Assembly (NCBI GenBank): GCA_051942245.1
Contig: JAVECL010000222.1
Span: 1 to 34,970, forward strand
Direction: 5' to 3'
DNA from: Trypethelium eluteriae
Lineage: Eukaryota
Length of the DNA: 34,970 nt
The position numbers and the translations under genes were made by a program. The first letter of the stretch is position 1. Every line of letters begins with the position of its first letter. The notes beneath the pieces are model-generated. The model made no database searches. It saw only the letters and a program-made list of their open reading frames with translations, and was not told where the DNA came from. Shown here in pieces: positions 34,401 through 34,970 of this stretch.

Positions 34401-34970
34401 ACAAATCAGGTACCATCCACACTGCTCCAGGGGAGCCTCCTTCATCTGTTTCGAAACCGACGCCCAAAGGTAAACAGGTCGCTGGTAAGCCTATCACTAA
34501 AGGCAAACTACTACGACCTGGAGGACCTGGAGGACAGCCTGGGAAACTCTCCTCGCGACCTGCTGCTCAGTCTCGACCATCGGGTGGCTCAAGACCGGTA
34601 CACCAACCCGCTGCTGCTGCTCAACCTGCAGCAAGGACCGTACCACAACCCATTGCCGCAGTCAACGGAGTGAATCACAGCCGGAACGGGAGCGCAGGCG
34701 CGTCACGAGCACCGCCTCCGCTGCCGCCTCCCGCCGCGGCTCCAGCACCCAAGGACCAATACCAAGCCATGTACGATTTCCAGGGACAAACGAGCGGAGA
34801 ACTGAGTCTAACAAAGGGTGAAATCATCACCGTAACACAAAAGGAAGCAAACGGTACGTCCCAACCCCCTTCCTCTTACCCTGCCACTCCATCTCCCGCA
34901 CCCATCATCATCAACACCCACACTAACGCCCCTCCTCCACCCAGGCTGGTGGCTCGCCAAACGCACCACC
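31471..34970 (+). CDS. MYO1: Class I myosin (Myo1/MyoA/Myo3-5 type); 3' end runs off the window
   Basis: join(31471-31473, 31538-34853, 34945->34970). Translation includes [42 protein letters not shown]-loop [22 protein letters not shown] region [19 protein letters not shown] motifs, TH1, a Pro/Ala-rich linker and SH3 ([21 protein letters not shown]). It is absent from the ORF track because the frame has no stop in the window. Confidence 0.96.

Noticed and set aside
1..34970. tRNA/rRNA genes or transposable elements
   Set aside because: GGTTCGA-like hits near 3895 and 21719 lack a cloverleaf context. No transposase or RT motifs, LTRs or TIRs were seen by eye.

Overview
This is fungal DNA (filamentous ascomycete-type, with short introns and CTRAC/CTAAC branch sites) containing about 13 gene loci that I could splice by hand. 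Housekeeping and metabolic genes: an Env7/STK16-like kinase (partial), a CLIP-170/Tip1-like CAP-Gly protein, a sugar-porter hexose transporter, a conserved hypothetical protein, dUTPase, pyridoxal kinase, a CitE/HpcH-like lyase, a secreted GH43, a Mup1-like amino-acid permease and class I myosin (partial, missed by the ORF track). Two immunity-type accessory blocks interrupt them. The most notable is a head-to-head pair at 14952-18496. One gene is an intact HET-S-like HeLo cell-death effector whose C-terminus carries IVFSGDHNSGLQIAHN. The other is an NB-ARC/TPR NLR whose N-terminus carries the matching IEFSGSENQGLQVGCN. This looks like an amyloid-signalling NLR-effector system that uses a PP/RHIM-like motif on a HeLo effector. 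The NLR has one in-frame TGA. The neighbouring APH/AIM9-like kinase-fold gene has three or four separate coding-strand G>A lesions. A second, apparently intact NLR (Goodbye-like N-terminus, NACHT, two-class ankyrin-like repeats) lies at 26603-30738. Family assignments come from motif recognition only; no database search was run.
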